NCBI GenBank assembly: GCA_022711435.1
Contig: JAKLFB010000013.1
Span: forward strand, 74,041 to 138,040
Length of the DNA stretch: 64,000 nucleotides
Source of the DNA: Verrucomicrobiota bacterium
GTDB lineage: Bacteria > Verrucomicrobiota > Verrucomicrobiia > Limisphaerales > UBA1319
Direction of reading: 5' to 3'
The notes beneath the pieces are model-generated. The model had not been told where the DNA came from. It saw only the letters and a list, made by a program, of their open reading frames with translations, and ran no database searches. This document shows, piece by piece, positions 8,407-18,084 of the stretch (its first letter is position 1; every line of letters starts with the position of its first letter). A program made the translations under genes and the position numbers.

Positions 8407-11400
8407 CTATTTCCGCAGGCGATAGAATACCTTCGCTTCGGTGGGCACGGTTTCATAGATATTGGGCGCCGTGGGGGTGAGGATGGACCAGGAGGATGCC
8501 GGCAGCTCGCTGGCCCGCTCGAGCTGGCCGGGGCCTTCCCAGGTGATTCGGACCTTGCCGTCCGCCAGGGCCGCCGTCAGCGGCCCCAGCGCCGCCGGAG
8601 CCAGCGCATACTCGACTGCGGCGTCGAAGAGCTTCAGGCCGTCATCGTTGAGGTTGGCGAACGCGGTGTTCTGCAGGAAGATATGAATCCGAAGCGCGGG
8701 CGCCGGCGCGCTGTTCGCGAGGATCGCGCCCTCCTCGTAGACGTAGATGCACGCCTCGCTGGCGTTGCCGGCGATGGTGGCGATGACCTGGGCGTTGGCA
8801 TTGGGGCGGCCTGCCGTGAAGCCCTGTGCACTATTGACCACCGTGCGCACTCCCGCCGCCAAACCCGCTGCCAGCGGATGCGCAGGGCTGACGATGTCGA
8901 TGTCCGTCTGGCTCGGGCGATCGAATCCGTCCGACGAAGCCGCCACCATGGCCATGTCGTCCTGGAGCCCGGCTTCCCAGTTGATGAACGGAACAGCCGT
9001 GTCGCGGAACTTGGCGCCGACATTTCCCGAGCTCACCGAGGAGGAGCAAATGATCAGCTGCTTGCCGTCGCCATGGCTGGTCTGGACCGCCGTGTGGCCG
9101 ACCACGGTCACGTCGCATCCCAGGTCGGCAGCGAGATGATCCCGGACCGCGCGATCGCTCGCGTCGGTGGCCGACGTCCCTGTTGGATTGGCGACGATGA
9201 AGAGCACGTTGGGCGGCGCCTGGCCGATCAAGATGTTCACGGATGGCGAATCGCCGGCGTTGCCCACCGCATCGTAGGCGCGGGCCAACAGGCTCCATCG
9301 GCCATCGGCCGCCCCGGTCCAGGTGAATCCGAACGGCGCGCTGGTGGATTCGCCAATGGACTCGCCGTTGGCGAGGTACTGGACGCGGACAACCCCGACG
9401 TTGTCATCCACGCTCACGGCGATGGGCACATTAGCGCCGGAGGCGAGCGCGGCATTGGCGGACGGGCTGGTGATGGCGACCGTGGGCGGGGTGACGTCGC
9501 CGACGTTGACGGTGACTTCCGCGGTCCGTTCGAGGCCCAGTGTGTCCTTGGCAACGGCCGCCAGCGTGTGCACCCCGGCCGTGGCTTTCGCCCACGATCC
9601 CGCGTACGGGCTGGTCGTGTCCTCGCCGATCTTCACGCCATCAAGGTAGAAGGATACCTTTTCGATCGCGTTGCTGCCCGGAGCCGCCGTGGCAGCGATC
9701 GGAACAGCGTTTCCGACGGAAAAGCTTTGGCCGTTGGTGGGAGATGTGATGCCGGCGGCGGGGGGCGCCGCTCCCAATCCGTAGAAGACAGCGGCATTGA
9801 ACAGCGCCAGCCCGGTCGAGTTGAGCACGCTGAACGTGGTGTCGCGGAAGAAAATGTGCATGCGGCGGGCAGGCGCGGGCGTGAAGCCGTCCGCCAGCAG
9901 TGCGCCGGGCTCGTAGGCGTAGATGCACCCGCGGCTCGGGTTCGAGGCCAGAACGGCAATGGTCTGGCCGCCGGGGCCAGGGTTGCCCGATGTCCAGTTG
10001 TTGGGGCTGCCGGTGATGACCGTGTAGGTGCCCGCTGCCAGCCCTGCCGCCATCGGATGCGACGGATCCACAATGGTCAGGGCCGTCTGGGCGTCGACGT
10101 CGCCAAACTCGCCTGCGACCGACATCAGCATGTCGTCCTGGAGCCCGCTCTCCCAATTGAGGAAGGGGACCGGCGAAAGCTGGAACTTGGTGTTCACATC
10201 CCCCGACGTCACGGTGGATGAGTTTACGATGAGCTGCTTGCCGTCGGCGTCGGTGGTCTGGGCGATGTCCTCATCGAGAACCTGAACGTCCAGCCCGTAT
10301 GTTTTCAGGTGGTCGACGACCATTGCGTCGGTGATCCGATTGACGTGGGTCAAGGCCAGCTCGTCGATCTTGCCGACGAACAGGACGTAGGGCGCGAGGT
10401 CGGTGCCCACGACAATGCTGACGATCTCGGATGCGGTGTTGTTGCCCAGGACGTCATAGGCGCGGGCGACCAGGTCATACCGGCCATCGTCGGGCGCCGT
10501 CCAGGTGAAGCTGAAGGGGGCGGCGGTGGACTCCCCGATCTTCCAGCGGTCGGCGAAATACTCGACGCGCGCGACGCCGGCATCGGATTGGGCGCTGGCG
10601 GTGATGGGGACGCTCGATCCGCTGGCGAACGCGGCGCCCTGGGCTGGGCCTGAAATGGCCACGGTAGGCGGCATCGGCGCCAGGGTGGAGAAGGCCCATT
10701 CGTTGGTGTAGGAGTTGGCGCCCGCGTCGCTGAACACCACCTTCGCCGAGTGGATCGAGGAGTAAGCCAGCGGCGGCGCCGGCTGATAGGCGATCGTTGC
10801 CCCGCCAGAGATCGCCGCGCGCGCGCTCGAGGCGGTGACGTTGGTGCTGTCGAGGAAGAGCTGGATCGAGTCGAGCATCACGGACAGGGTGCTGCGGTTC
10901 ATGATGGTCGCCGAAATGGGCGTGTGAATGCTGGCGGCGGCGCCGGGCGCGGGCTCCTGGACGGTGACCACGGGCCCCAGCGGCGTGACCGGCTCCGAAG
11001 TCGGAACCGCGACCAGGAAGTTCGGGAACACGTTGTTCGCCGCCGACCCGGCCGCCAGCCGGAGGGTCTGCACGCCGCTGAGGTTCAGCACCAGGGCCGC
11101 GGCGGTCCCCAGGTCGCGCAGCGGGATGTATTCGTAGCCCGCGGTGGCGGGGATCTGGAATTCACCCAGCATCTGGATGGCCTGGTTCGGCTGCGTGCGG
11201 TTGCCGGTGACCCGGCTCAAGGTCAGGGTTTGAGCGGCGGTGGCGCGGGCGCGCAGGTAGATCATGTAATTGGTGCTGGCGAACGTGCGGGTGTAATTGA
11301 GCCACTCGCCGGCCTGCACCTGGTTCAGGTCCAGGTCCCAGGCGGCAATGTCCAGATCGAGATACTTCTTGCGGCTCAAATCGCCCGTGGTGGCAGCCCC

Positions 11401-12756
11401 GACGGCGGTGCAGGCGCGATAGCTGTTGATGCAGCTCAGGGTGGTGCAGCCGATGGCCGTCGTGGTGTCGGAATAATCCACGCCGGGGACCGCGTAGGTG
11501 TCGAGATAGCCGACGCCGCTGCCGTGGACGGGAACCTGGGCGGGCGTGAATCCCGATGGCGGCGGATCATCCTGGAAGCCGCCTCCCGAGGCCACGGGCG
11601 GGGGCTCGATATTGCCGGTGGTGCAGAACTTGGTGGCCGGCTGGCTGGCCGCATCGACTCCGTAGTTGTAATCCTCGTTTTCGATCACGACGCCTCCGGC
11701 GCCCATGGTGTCGAAGCTGAAGGTGTCGCGGGTGCCGTGTCCAGCGGTGTCGGTCACAAGAATCTGCACGTTGGTATAGAGGGTGTTGCCTGCCAGACCC
11801 GCGTAGCTGACGGCGCGATCCGTGCCCGAGCCGCTGATGGCGAGGCTCGCGGAAACATCGGCGCCGTTGACGATGAGACGGATGCCGGAGGGCTCGATGC
11901 TGTTGGGGGGGGCTGTCCGCGCGTGGAATGCGATGCCGCTCGAGGGGGGATGCAGCAGGGCCAGGTTGGCCGGCGAGCGTTCCTCGATCCGTGGCGCGGC
12001 GTCGGCGGCGGCGCCGGCCGGCTGGACGACGATGCAATACATGTTGTTCCCGATGTACTGGTGGAAGGCGACCGTTCCGGCCGGGACGTTCTCTTTGCGG
12101 TAGACGGTGCTGTACTGGTTGATGCTCTGGCCGGGGCCGGTGCCGATCCCCTCGCCGCCTTCGTCCATGCCGACCTCGTCGGGCACGTCAACCAGGTTGG
12201 ATCGGTTGATGCCGTTGCCCGTCACCCGGCTCCAGCCGGCGTCGATCAGCCACTGGAGATTGGTGTTGCCCGAAGCCGATATGTTCGGCGGGAGGGTGTT
12301 GGTCGAGCCGTTTCCATAGCGGTTATCGACCAGCACGTAAACATGGGCAGGCTGGGAAAGGGTGACCTCGAGCCGATAAGGCGGGCTGCTGGTCGTCTCG
12401 GGGTTGTTGTTGCTGTCGTTGGCGATCATGATGTACTCGCCGCCAACCAGGTAGCTGGGGATGTCCATGATCCCGCCATACACGCTCAGGAAGCCGTTCC
12501 AGTTGTGGGCCCGGTCGGTGTAGGCGAAGGCGTCCTCGCCGAAGGCCGGCACGGTGTAGTACCGGTTCACCGCCGCCCCGGTCCGCTGGTTCGCCAGCCA
12601 GAAGGTCTGGCCCGTGTATTTCGGGGCCGGCCCGTCGGCGTCGCCTCCGGACTCGACGACATCGACGATGATGGGGGCCGCGATCAGCGGCTGGGCCAGA
12701 GAGGCCATCGCGAGGACGATGGCGATCAAAGAACGATGCTGGGCTGGTTGTTTCAT
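8407..12756 (-). CDS. Large secreted multidomain protein (about 1450 aa) with a signal peptide ([28 protein letters not shown]), several Ig-like domains and an internal super-repeat.
   Basis: The start was set at Met92 of the 1540-aa track ORF, which has a signal peptide. Two homologous units of Ig-like domain plus a ~210-aa module are present: ...VLFVGKIDE...[11 protein letters not shown] and ...[10 protein letters not shown]...[11 protein letters not shown]. Confidence 0.75.
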   Translation of the reverse strand: MKQPAQHRSLIAIVLAMASLAQPLIAAPIIVDVVESGGDADGPAPKYTGQTFWLANQRTGAAVNRYYTVPAFGEDAFAYTDRAHNWNGFLSVYGGIMDIPSYLVGGEYIMIANDSNNNPETTSSPPYRLEVTLSQPAHVYVLVDNRYGNGSTNTLPPNISASGNTNLQWLIDAGWSRVTGNGINRSNLVDVPDEVGMDEGGEGIGTGPGQSINQYSTVYRKENVPAGTVAFHQYIGNNMYCIVVQPAGAAADAAPRIEERSPANLALLHPPSSGIAFHARTAPPNSIEPSGIRLIVNGADVSASLAISGSGTDRAVSYAGLAGNTLYTNVQILVTDTAGHGTRDTFSFDTMGAGGVVIENEDYNYGVDAASQPATKFCTTGNIEPPPVASGGGFQDDPPPSGFTPAQVPVHGSGVGYLDTYAVPGVDYSDTTTAIGCTTLSCINSYRACTAVGAATTGDLSRKKYLDLDIAAWDLDLNQVQAGEWLNYTRTFASTNYMIYLRARATAAQTLTLSRVTGNRTQPNQAIQMLGEFQIPATAGYEYIPLRDLGTAAALVLNLSGVQTLRLAAGSAANNVFPNFLVAVPTSEPVTPLGPVVTVQEPAPGAAASIHTPISATIMNRSTLSVMLDSIQLFLDSTNVTASSARAAISGGATIAYQPAPPLAYSSIHSAKVVFSDAGANSYTNEWAFSTLAPMPPTVAISGPAQGAAFASGSSVPITASAQSDAGVARVEYFADRWKIGESTAAPFSFTWTAPDDGRYDLVARAYDVLGNNTASEIVSIVVGTDLAPYVLFVGKIDELALTHVNRITDAMVVDHLKTYGLDVQVLDEDIAQTTDADGKQLIVNSSTVTSGDVNTKFQLSPVPFLNWESGLQDDMLMSVAGEFGDVDAQTALTIVDPSHPMAAGLAAGTYTVITGSPNNWTSGNPGPGGQTIAVLASNPSRGCIYAYEPGALLADGFTPAPARRMHIFFRDTTFSVLNSTGLALFNAAVFYGLGAAPPAAGITSPTNGQSFSVGNAVPIAATAAPGSNAIEKVSFYLDGVKIGEDTTSPYAGSWAKATAGVHTLAAVAKDTLGLERTAEVTVNVGDVTPPTVAITSPSANAALASGANVPIAVSVDDNVGVVRVQYLANGESIGESTSAPFGFTWTGAADGRWSLLARAYDAVGNAGDSPSVNILIGQAPPNVLFIVANPTGTSATDASDRAVRDHLAADLGCDVTVVGHTAVQTSHGDGKQLIICSSSVSSGNVGAKFRDTAVPFINWEAGLQDDMAMVAASSDGFDRPSQTDIDIVSPAHPLAAGLAAGVRTVVNSAQGFTAGRPNANAQVIATIAGNASEACIYVYEEGAILANSAPAPALRIHIFLQNTAFANLNDDGLKLFDAAVEYALAPAALGPLTAALADGKVRITWEGPGQLERASELPASSWSILTPTAPNIYETVPTEAKVFYRLRK

Positions 12757-12919
12757 GGACGGGTCCTCGTTGAGGGGTTGCGGATCGGGAAAGCTTGGGC
12801 TGCGCTGAAACGACAGATCTCCGGCGGGCCGATAAAACAGGCCCACACTCGCCCGTAAGCCGGCTGGATCATACGATGGGCCCAGCGTTACATGATCGGG
12901 GTCCCGTGTCAAACAAATC

Positions 12920-12930
12920 TGGTATGACCA
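12920..12930. promoter_or_regulatory. Candidate GntR/FadR-type operator TGGTATGACCA (TGGT-N3-ACCA), copy 1 of a 15-bp direct repeat AATCTGGTATGACCA.
   Basis: The palindromic half-sites TGGT/ACCA have a 3-nt spacer. The site lies in the divergent intergenic region between the giant secreted protein gene and the GntR gene. Confidence 0.5.
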
Positions 12931-12971
12931 GAGGAGTCGTGCTTGACTCGGGGCGGGATCCGCGCGCAATC

Positions 12972-12982
12972 TGGTATGACCA
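12972..12982. promoter_or_regulatory. Candidate GntR/FadR-type operator TGGTATGACCA, copy 2 (52 bp downstream of copy 1).
   Basis: It is identical to copy 1, including the flanking AATC. Confidence 0.5.
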
Positions 12983-12983
12983 C

Positions 12984-13916
12984 ATGCCAGCAGTGGACAA
13001 AGGTATCGAAGCGCGTTCTGCGGCGGCATCGGCGGGCCGGAGCCGCCGGGCGCGGCGGCTGTCCGAACCCGCGAATGGCCCGGCGCGTCCGATGCGGGGG
13101 GCCGCGGATGGCCGCCCCCGCCGCTCGGACGACGTGCTGCGCCGGCTGCTGAGCCTCATCTTCGAGGGGCGGCTCAGCCCGGGGGCGCGCCTGCCCTCGG
13201 AGCGGGAGCTCTCGCAGAGGCTGTCGGTGAGCCGCACCACGCTGCGGGACGCCATGAACCGGCTCGAGGCGCGCGGGTTCGTCGAGCGCCGGGCCAAGAG
13301 CGGCAATTATGTCTGCACGGCCCTGCCCCCGGCGGTGCGCGATCCCATCCAGGAGGCCGTGGGCGCCCAGGTGGCCCGCCTGGCGGATGTCGTCGCCATC
13401 CGCAAGGTGCTCGAGCTTTGGGCGGTCGAGCAGGCTGTCCAGCAACGCCAGCCAGCCCTGCTCCGAGCGATGGAGAAGCGCATCGCCGCCATGCGGGCCG
13501 CCATGCGCTTCCGAACCGACGAACAGTTCGAGCGGTACCGCGGCGCCGACCTCGAGTTCCATCAGATGCTCGCGCGAATGACCTGCAACCCGATCTATGT
13601 GCACCTGATCGACTTTCTGCACCGGCTCATCCGCGACTCGATCGCCATCAGCCGCGAGCTGGTGGCGGGCGATTACGGCCAACGGAACCTCCGGGCCCAC
13701 GAGCGGATCCGCGCTGCCATCGCCCGGCAGGATGCCCCCGGGGCGCGCCAGGCAATGCTCGATCACTTCTCCCTCGTCGAGCAGCGCCTGGGCGCAAGCA
13801 GAAGCCAGCCTGCAGCCCCGGCGGATTCGAGGCCGTCCCGGCATGGCAGGGCGATGCCCCGCCGCCTTGAGGGCGGCCCGCACCGATCCCCGCCAACGTC
13901 CCTTTCCCACTCCTGA
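12984..13916 (+). CDS. GntR family transcriptional regulator (FadR/FCD subfamily).
   Basis: The wHTH LSPGARLPSERELSQRLSVSRTTLRDAMNRLEARGFVERRAKSGNYV is followed by a helical FCD-like C-terminal domain. The start is uncertain: ATG 12984 and ATG 13092 are alternatives, and both lie downstream of the operators. Confidence 0.8.
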   Translation: MPAVDKGIEARSAAASAGRSRRARRLSEPANGPARPMRGAADGRPRRSDDVLRRLLSLIFEGRLSPGARLPSERELSQRLSVSRTTLRDAMNRLEARGFVERRAKSGNYVCTALPPAVRDPIQEAVGAQVARLADVVAIRKVLELWAVEQAVQQRQPALLRAMEKRIAAMRAAMRFRTDEQFERYRGADLEFHQMLARMTCNPIYVHLIDFLHRLIRDSIAISRELVAGDYGQRNLRAHERIRAAIARQDAPGARQAMLDHFSLVEQRLGASRSQPAAPADSRPSRHGRAMPRRLEGGPHRSPPTSLSHS

Positions 13917-13917
13917 T

Positions 13918-14967
13918 ATGACCCGAACGATCAACCCGTTCGATGTGGCCACCTGGTGGCGGCCGTTCCGCTCCGATACGCGCCGGTTCCAGGAGGTGTT
14001 TCCGCACCACGCCGAGCACGCGAGCCTGCTGCGCAGCAGCGAGACGCTCGCCTACCTGATCCGCAGTTTCACCGTCTACGAGATGACCTGCGCGGCCCTG
14101 GGCCATCCGGGCGGCAGCCTGTCCGAGTCCGACTTTCTGGCGGTCCTCTTCAATCACATCCTCCGCTTCGACGCGAAGCATCCGCAATGGCCCCAGCGCG
14201 ATGCGTTCTACCTTTCGAAGTGCCACGCCTGCCCCGCGCTCTACGCGGCGCTCGCGCTGTTCGGCTATTTCCCGCTCCGAGATCTCGAGCGATACGGCGC
14301 CTGGGATTCGCACCTGGAGAGCCACCCCGACAGCACGCGCACGCCGGGCATCGAGATTTCGGGCGGGTCGCTGGGCCAGATTCCGGGCGTGGCGGTGGGG
14401 CGCGCCCTGGGCATCCGGCGGCTCGGTCCGGACCATGCGGACCGCATGGTGTATGTGTTGCTGGGCGACGGCGAGTGCAACGAGGGCTCGGTGTGGGAAG
14501 CGTTCATGGCGGCCGGGCATTACCGGCTGGACAACCTGGTCTTCATCATTGACTACAACAAGGTCATGGCCAAGGGATTCGTCCACGCCGACATGTCGCT
14601 CGAGCCGCTGGCGGACAAGCTGGCCGCCTTCAACCTCGAGCCCCGCGTCCTCCGGAACGGGCACGACGTGGCCGAGCTGGTCGACCTCGGCAACCATCTC
14701 GCCGTGCAGCGGCATGGCAGGCCCGCCGCCGTCGTGCTCGACACGATCAAGGGCAAGCAGGTCGCCTGCTGCCAGTACAATCCCAACTGGCACACGAGCG
14801 CGCCCCGGGACGCCGCCACCGCCCAAGCCTGGCTGCGCGAGCTCTGGGAACGCGATGGGCGGCGCCTCGGGATCCCCGAGGAGTTCGCGGCCGCCTTGGG
14901 CCAGGCCATCCGCATCGTTCCTCCGCAGCACGCCAACCCGGATCGCATCACCGAAAAGCAGGCCTGA
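13918..14967 (+). CDS. Transketolase, N-terminal (TPP-binding) subunit of a split transketolase.
   Basis: The TPP motif region is GDGECNEGSVWEA. The segments HPGGSLSESDFL and SKCHACPALYAALAL resemble the N-terminal half of transketolase. The start is 1 nt after the GntR stop. Confidence 0.9.
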   Translation: MTRTINPFDVATWWRPFRSDTRRFQEVFPHHAEHASLLRSSETLAYLIRSFTVYEMTCAALGHPGGSLSESDFLAVLFNHILRFDAKHPQWPQRDAFYLSKCHACPALYAALALFGYFPLRDLERYGAWDSHLESHPDSTRTPGIEISGGSLGQIPGVAVGRALGIRRLGPDHADRMVYVLLGDGECNEGSVWEAFMAAGHYRLDNLVFIIDYNKVMAKGFVHADMSLEPLADKLAAFNLEPRVLRNGHDVAELVDLGNHLAVQRHGRPAAVVLDTIKGKQVACCQYNPNWHTSAPRDAATAQAWLRELWERDGRRLGIPEEFAAALGQAIRIVPPQHANPDRITEKQA

Positions 14968-14980
14968 AACCGGATTTCCC

Positions 14981-15952
14981 ATGGCACAATTCACCATCCC
15001 GCCCCGCGAGGCCACCCAGGAGATGCGCTACCAGATGGGTTATGCGCTGGCGGATCTGGCCTTCGAGTTCCCCCAGATCGTGGCGCTCGACGGCGATCTG
15101 CGGACCAGCTCCGGCCTTCACATCTTCGAGCACTTCCATCCCGACAAGCTCCTCAAGGCTGGCATCGCCGAGCAGAACATGATCAGCATGGCGGCCGGCC
15201 TGAGCCAGGAAGGGTTCATCCCGTTTCCGTGCACGTTCGACGCGTTCTGCCGGCGGTTCATGGACCAGCTCTACGTATCCGTCGCCTACAGCCATGCCAA
15301 CGTGAAGGTCCTGGGCGCCTACCCGGGCCTCTATACCGGCAAAGCGGGCGCAACCCATCAGAGCGACAAGGAGCTGGGGCTGCTGCTTCGCATCCCGAAC
15401 CTGCGCGTGATCGAGCCCGGATGCCATCTCGAGATGCGCCAGGCATTGCGGGTGGCGGTGGAAACGCCCGGGCCGTTCTACTTCCGCATCGTGCGCTGCG
15501 AGGTGGCCGAGAACGAGCTGGCCGCCGGCTACCAGTTTCGATTGGGCCGGGGTGTCACCGTGCTGGACAACGGCTGCGACGTCGGCCTGGTGAGCACCAG
15601 CCTGATGGTCAAGACGGCCAAGCTGGCGGCCGCCAAGCTCGAGCGCAAAGGCATCCGCGTCCGGCTGGATCATCACCCGAGCCTGAAGCCGTTCGATCGC
15701 GATCTGCTCTACGACCTGGCGGCCCGGACGCCCGCGATCGTCACGCTCGAAAACCACTGCACCAGCGGCGGCCTCTTCTCGCTCGTGGCCGAGGCGCTCG
15801 CCGCCAAGGGCGCCCCCGTCCGCGTCGGCGCCATCGGGACCGACCCTGACGATTTCATCCACACCGGCCATGTCAACGACCTCATGGCCCGCTACCGAAT
15901 GACCTCGGACGACGTGGTGCGAAAGGTCGAGGAGATGCTCGCAAAGCCATGA
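14981..15952 (+). CDS. Transketolase, C-terminal (pyrimidine-binding) subunit.
   Basis: The segments AYALADLAFEFPQIVALDGDL and GIAEQNMISMAAGLSQEGFIPF fit this subunit, and a C-terminal transketolase domain is present. Confidence 0.9.
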   Translation: MAQFTIPPREATQEMRYQMGYALADLAFEFPQIVALDGDLRTSSGLHIFEHFHPDKLLKAGIAEQNMISMAAGLSQEGFIPFPCTFDAFCRRFMDQLYVSVAYSHANVKVLGAYPGLYTGKAGATHQSDKELGLLLRIPNLRVIEPGCHLEMRQALRVAVETPGPFYFRIVRCEVAENELAAGYQFRLGRGVTVLDNGCDVGLVSTSLMVKTAKLAAAKLERKGIRVRLDHHPSLKPFDRDLLYDLAARTPAIVTLENHCTSGGLFSLVAEALAAKGAPVRVGAIGTDPDDFIHTGHVNDLMARYRMTSDDVVRKVEEMLAKP

Positions 15953-16809
15953 ATCCCCGCCCTCTGATTCACGATCCCGTCCGCCTTTTCGGCGATTACA
16001 TGGCCGTCACCGGCGTGCCCGCGCTCGAGCCCGAACCCGATCTCCCTTTCTCCGGCAAGAAGCTCGGCGTGGTCAACGGCGCCTCCTGGACCAGCCTCTG
16101 GTCGACTTACTTCGCCCGGCGCGAGCTGCCCGGCGTGCAGGTGGTCAACGCGGGCAACGAGGGCGTCCAGCTCCACTTCATGCGCGCCCACCGCGAGGGG
16201 CGGCCCTGTCCGCCCCCGATCAATATCGAGCTCTTCTGCCGCTACGCGCGCGACCTGTTCGACCTCGCCCGAGTCGACGCGATCCTCATCTCCTGCTCGA
16301 CGATGAACCGTGCGTTTGCCCGGGTGCAATCGGATCTGGCCCCGCTAGGCGTGCCCGTGGTCCAGATCGACGAGGCCATGATGGAGGAGGCGGTGCGGCG
16401 GTGCGGCCGGATCCTCATCATCGCCACTCACGGTCCGACCGTCAAGAGCACGCAAAGCCTGATCGAGGAAACGGCCGCCCGGCTGCGGCTGCCGGTCGAG
16501 TTCACCGGCGCCACGGTCGAAGACGCGTTCGAGCTGCTCGGCGCGGGCCGAATCGCCGACCACAACCGCGCGATCGCCGACGCCATCCGCCAGGCGCAGC
16601 GCCGTGAGCGGGTCGACATCGTCGTTCTGGCGCAGATGTCCATGTCGGTCTTTGCCTTCAGCCATCCCGATCCGGAGAAGGATTTCGGGGTCAAGGTGCT
16701 CAACAGCGGCGAGACGGGCTTTCGACGCGCCGGCGAGGTCCTTCTCGCCAAAAACCGGGAAGCTGAGGATCGGATCCAACCGCCCGGTCCGGGGGCCGGG
16801 CCTCACTGA
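15949..16809 (+). CDS. Asp/Glu/hydantoin racemase superfamily protein (arylmalonate decarboxylase / maleate isomerase-like), a putative isomerase.
   Basis: Two pseudo-symmetric Cys/Ser-containing motifs are present (ILISCSTM and VVLAQMSMS). It overlaps the transketolase C-subunit stop (ATGA). Confidence 0.55.
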   Translation: MNPRPLIHDPVRLFGDYMAVTGVPALEPEPDLPFSGKKLGVVNGASWTSLWSTYFARRELPGVQVVNAGNEGVQLHFMRAHREGRPCPPPINIELFCRYARDLFDLARVDAILISCSTMNRAFARVQSDLAPLGVPVVQIDEAMMEEAVRRCGRILIIATHGPTVKSTQSLIEETAARLRLPVEFTGATVEDAFELLGAGRIADHNRAIADAIRQAQRRERVDIVVLAQMSMSVFAFSHPDPEKDFGVKVLNSGETGFRRAGEVLLAKNREAEDRIQPPGPGAGPH

Positions 16810-18080
16810 ACTCGGAGCCATTTCGGCCGGCCGAAGACCAGCGCGATCACCCAGGCAAACGTCGCCAGCCCTGCCAGGACGAAGAACACGGGATTGAAAT
16901 CGGCGGTTTCCTTGGTGAACAGCCCCACCCGCTGGATGACAAATGCCGTGAAGCCCGTCTCGATGGCGCCGACCAGGGCTGCCACGGTCGCAACCTGCCT
17001 CCGGTCCACATCCTGCTTGAAGGCGTGCTGGTTTCCCAGGAACGCCCCGATGCCGCACACGTAGAGGCAGAGAAACACGACGCTGGCGTTGATCGACGAG
17101 AGCCGGGGCACGACGAGGACCGACAGCATCAGCGCATACGCGCAAGTGATGACCACCTTGCGGGACGCGAGGACTGGCAGACCGCGGCGGCTGAGCCAGA
17201 GGACGGCCGCGCCGCCTGCCCACAGGCCGACGTCCTGCATGAAGTAGATCGCCGATAGCTTGAAAGCCAGCGACTGGTCGTAGGGATGATCCAGTTGCTG
17301 CGTGAAGAATGACGGAAACCACTGGGTGGCGAAATAGAGCGAGGGGATGATCCCCAGACCCATGAGCGCAACCCCCCAGAATCCGGGCTGACGGAGCACG
17401 TGGACGAGGCTGGCGCCCCAGCCGGCATGCCAGCCCTGGGGCATGCCCCCCGCCGTGGCCGCCAGGCTATCCGTCTGCCAGCGGGACGCCCGCCGCTCCG
17501 GCTGCCGAAAGATCAGCAGCCACGGCGCCAACCACAGAAACCCCAGCGCGCCGGCCAGCAGAAACGAATACTGCCAGTGATGGCGGGTCGAGAAGTAGAT
17601 CGCGACGGGCGGAGCAGCCAGGGTGGCCAGAAAAGCGCCGCTGGCGAAAACGCCCGACGCCAGGCTGCGCTCCTCGGCGGGGAAGATGCGGCTGATGATC
17701 ATCAGGCAGATCGGGAAGTTGGCCGCCTCCCACACGCCCAGGAGCATGCGCAGCCACAGGATGTGCTCGTAGCTCTTGGCCAGCCCGACCAGCATCGTGC
17801 TCGCCGACCACCCCGCCACCATGATCGGAAAGAAACGGCGGACGTTGCGAAACCGATCCACCACAAAGCCGAAGAACAGATGGCAGAACGCATACGAGTA
17901 GATGAACGCCGAAAGCAGGTTGCCCCGCTGCGCGTTGTCCAGACCGAACTGCCTGGCGATGGGATCCATCGTCGTGCCGAGCATCTGGCGGTCGAAGTAG
18001 TTGAGGAACGTGGCCAGAAAGAGCGTCCCCAACACGAACCACCGCCACTGCCGGTCGAAAAACGAATGCGTGGTGTTCAT
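16803..18080 (-). CDS. MFS transporter (sugar-acid/hexuronate-like ACS family).
   Basis: It has 12 predicted transmembrane segments. The MFS motif region is LNYFDRQMLGTTMDPIARQFGL. The start was set at MNTTHSFFDRQW (Met47 of the track ORF). Confidence 0.85.
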   Translation of the reverse strand: MNTTHSFFDRQWRWFVLGTLFLATFLNYFDRQMLGTTMDPIARQFGLDNAQRGNLLSAFIYSYAFCHLFFGFVVDRFRNVRRFFPIMVAGWSASTMLVGLAKSYEHILWLRMLLGVWEAANFPICLMIISRIFPAEERSLASGVFASGAFLATLAAPPVAIYFSTRHHWQYSFLLAGALGFLWLAPWLLIFRQPERRASRWQTDSLAATAGGMPQGWHAGWGASLVHVLRQPGFWGVALMGLGIIPSLYFATQWFPSFFTQQLDHPYDQSLAFKLSAIYFMQDVGLWAGGAAVLWLSRRGLPVLASRKVVITCAYALMLSVLVVPRLSSINASVVFLCLYVCGIGAFLGNQHAFKQDVDRRQVATVAALVGAIETGFTAFVIQRVGLFTKETADFNPVFFVLAGLATFAWVIALVFGRPKWLRVQ

Positions 18081-18084
18081 CGTC

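Noticed and set aside
8251-12858. ORFs 8251..10221 + and 10750..12858 + opposite the 1450-aa secreted protein gene
   Set aside because: They are antisense to a gene with a signal peptide and Ig-like domains. They are G/A/R/D-rich with no motifs.
12795-12983. Upstream extension of the GntR track ORF (MGCAETTDLRR...MTRGVVLDSGRDPRAIWYDH)
   Set aside because: It would be translated across both predicted operator sites. A GntR N-terminus normally starts about 10-20 aa before the HTH. The start was moved downstream.
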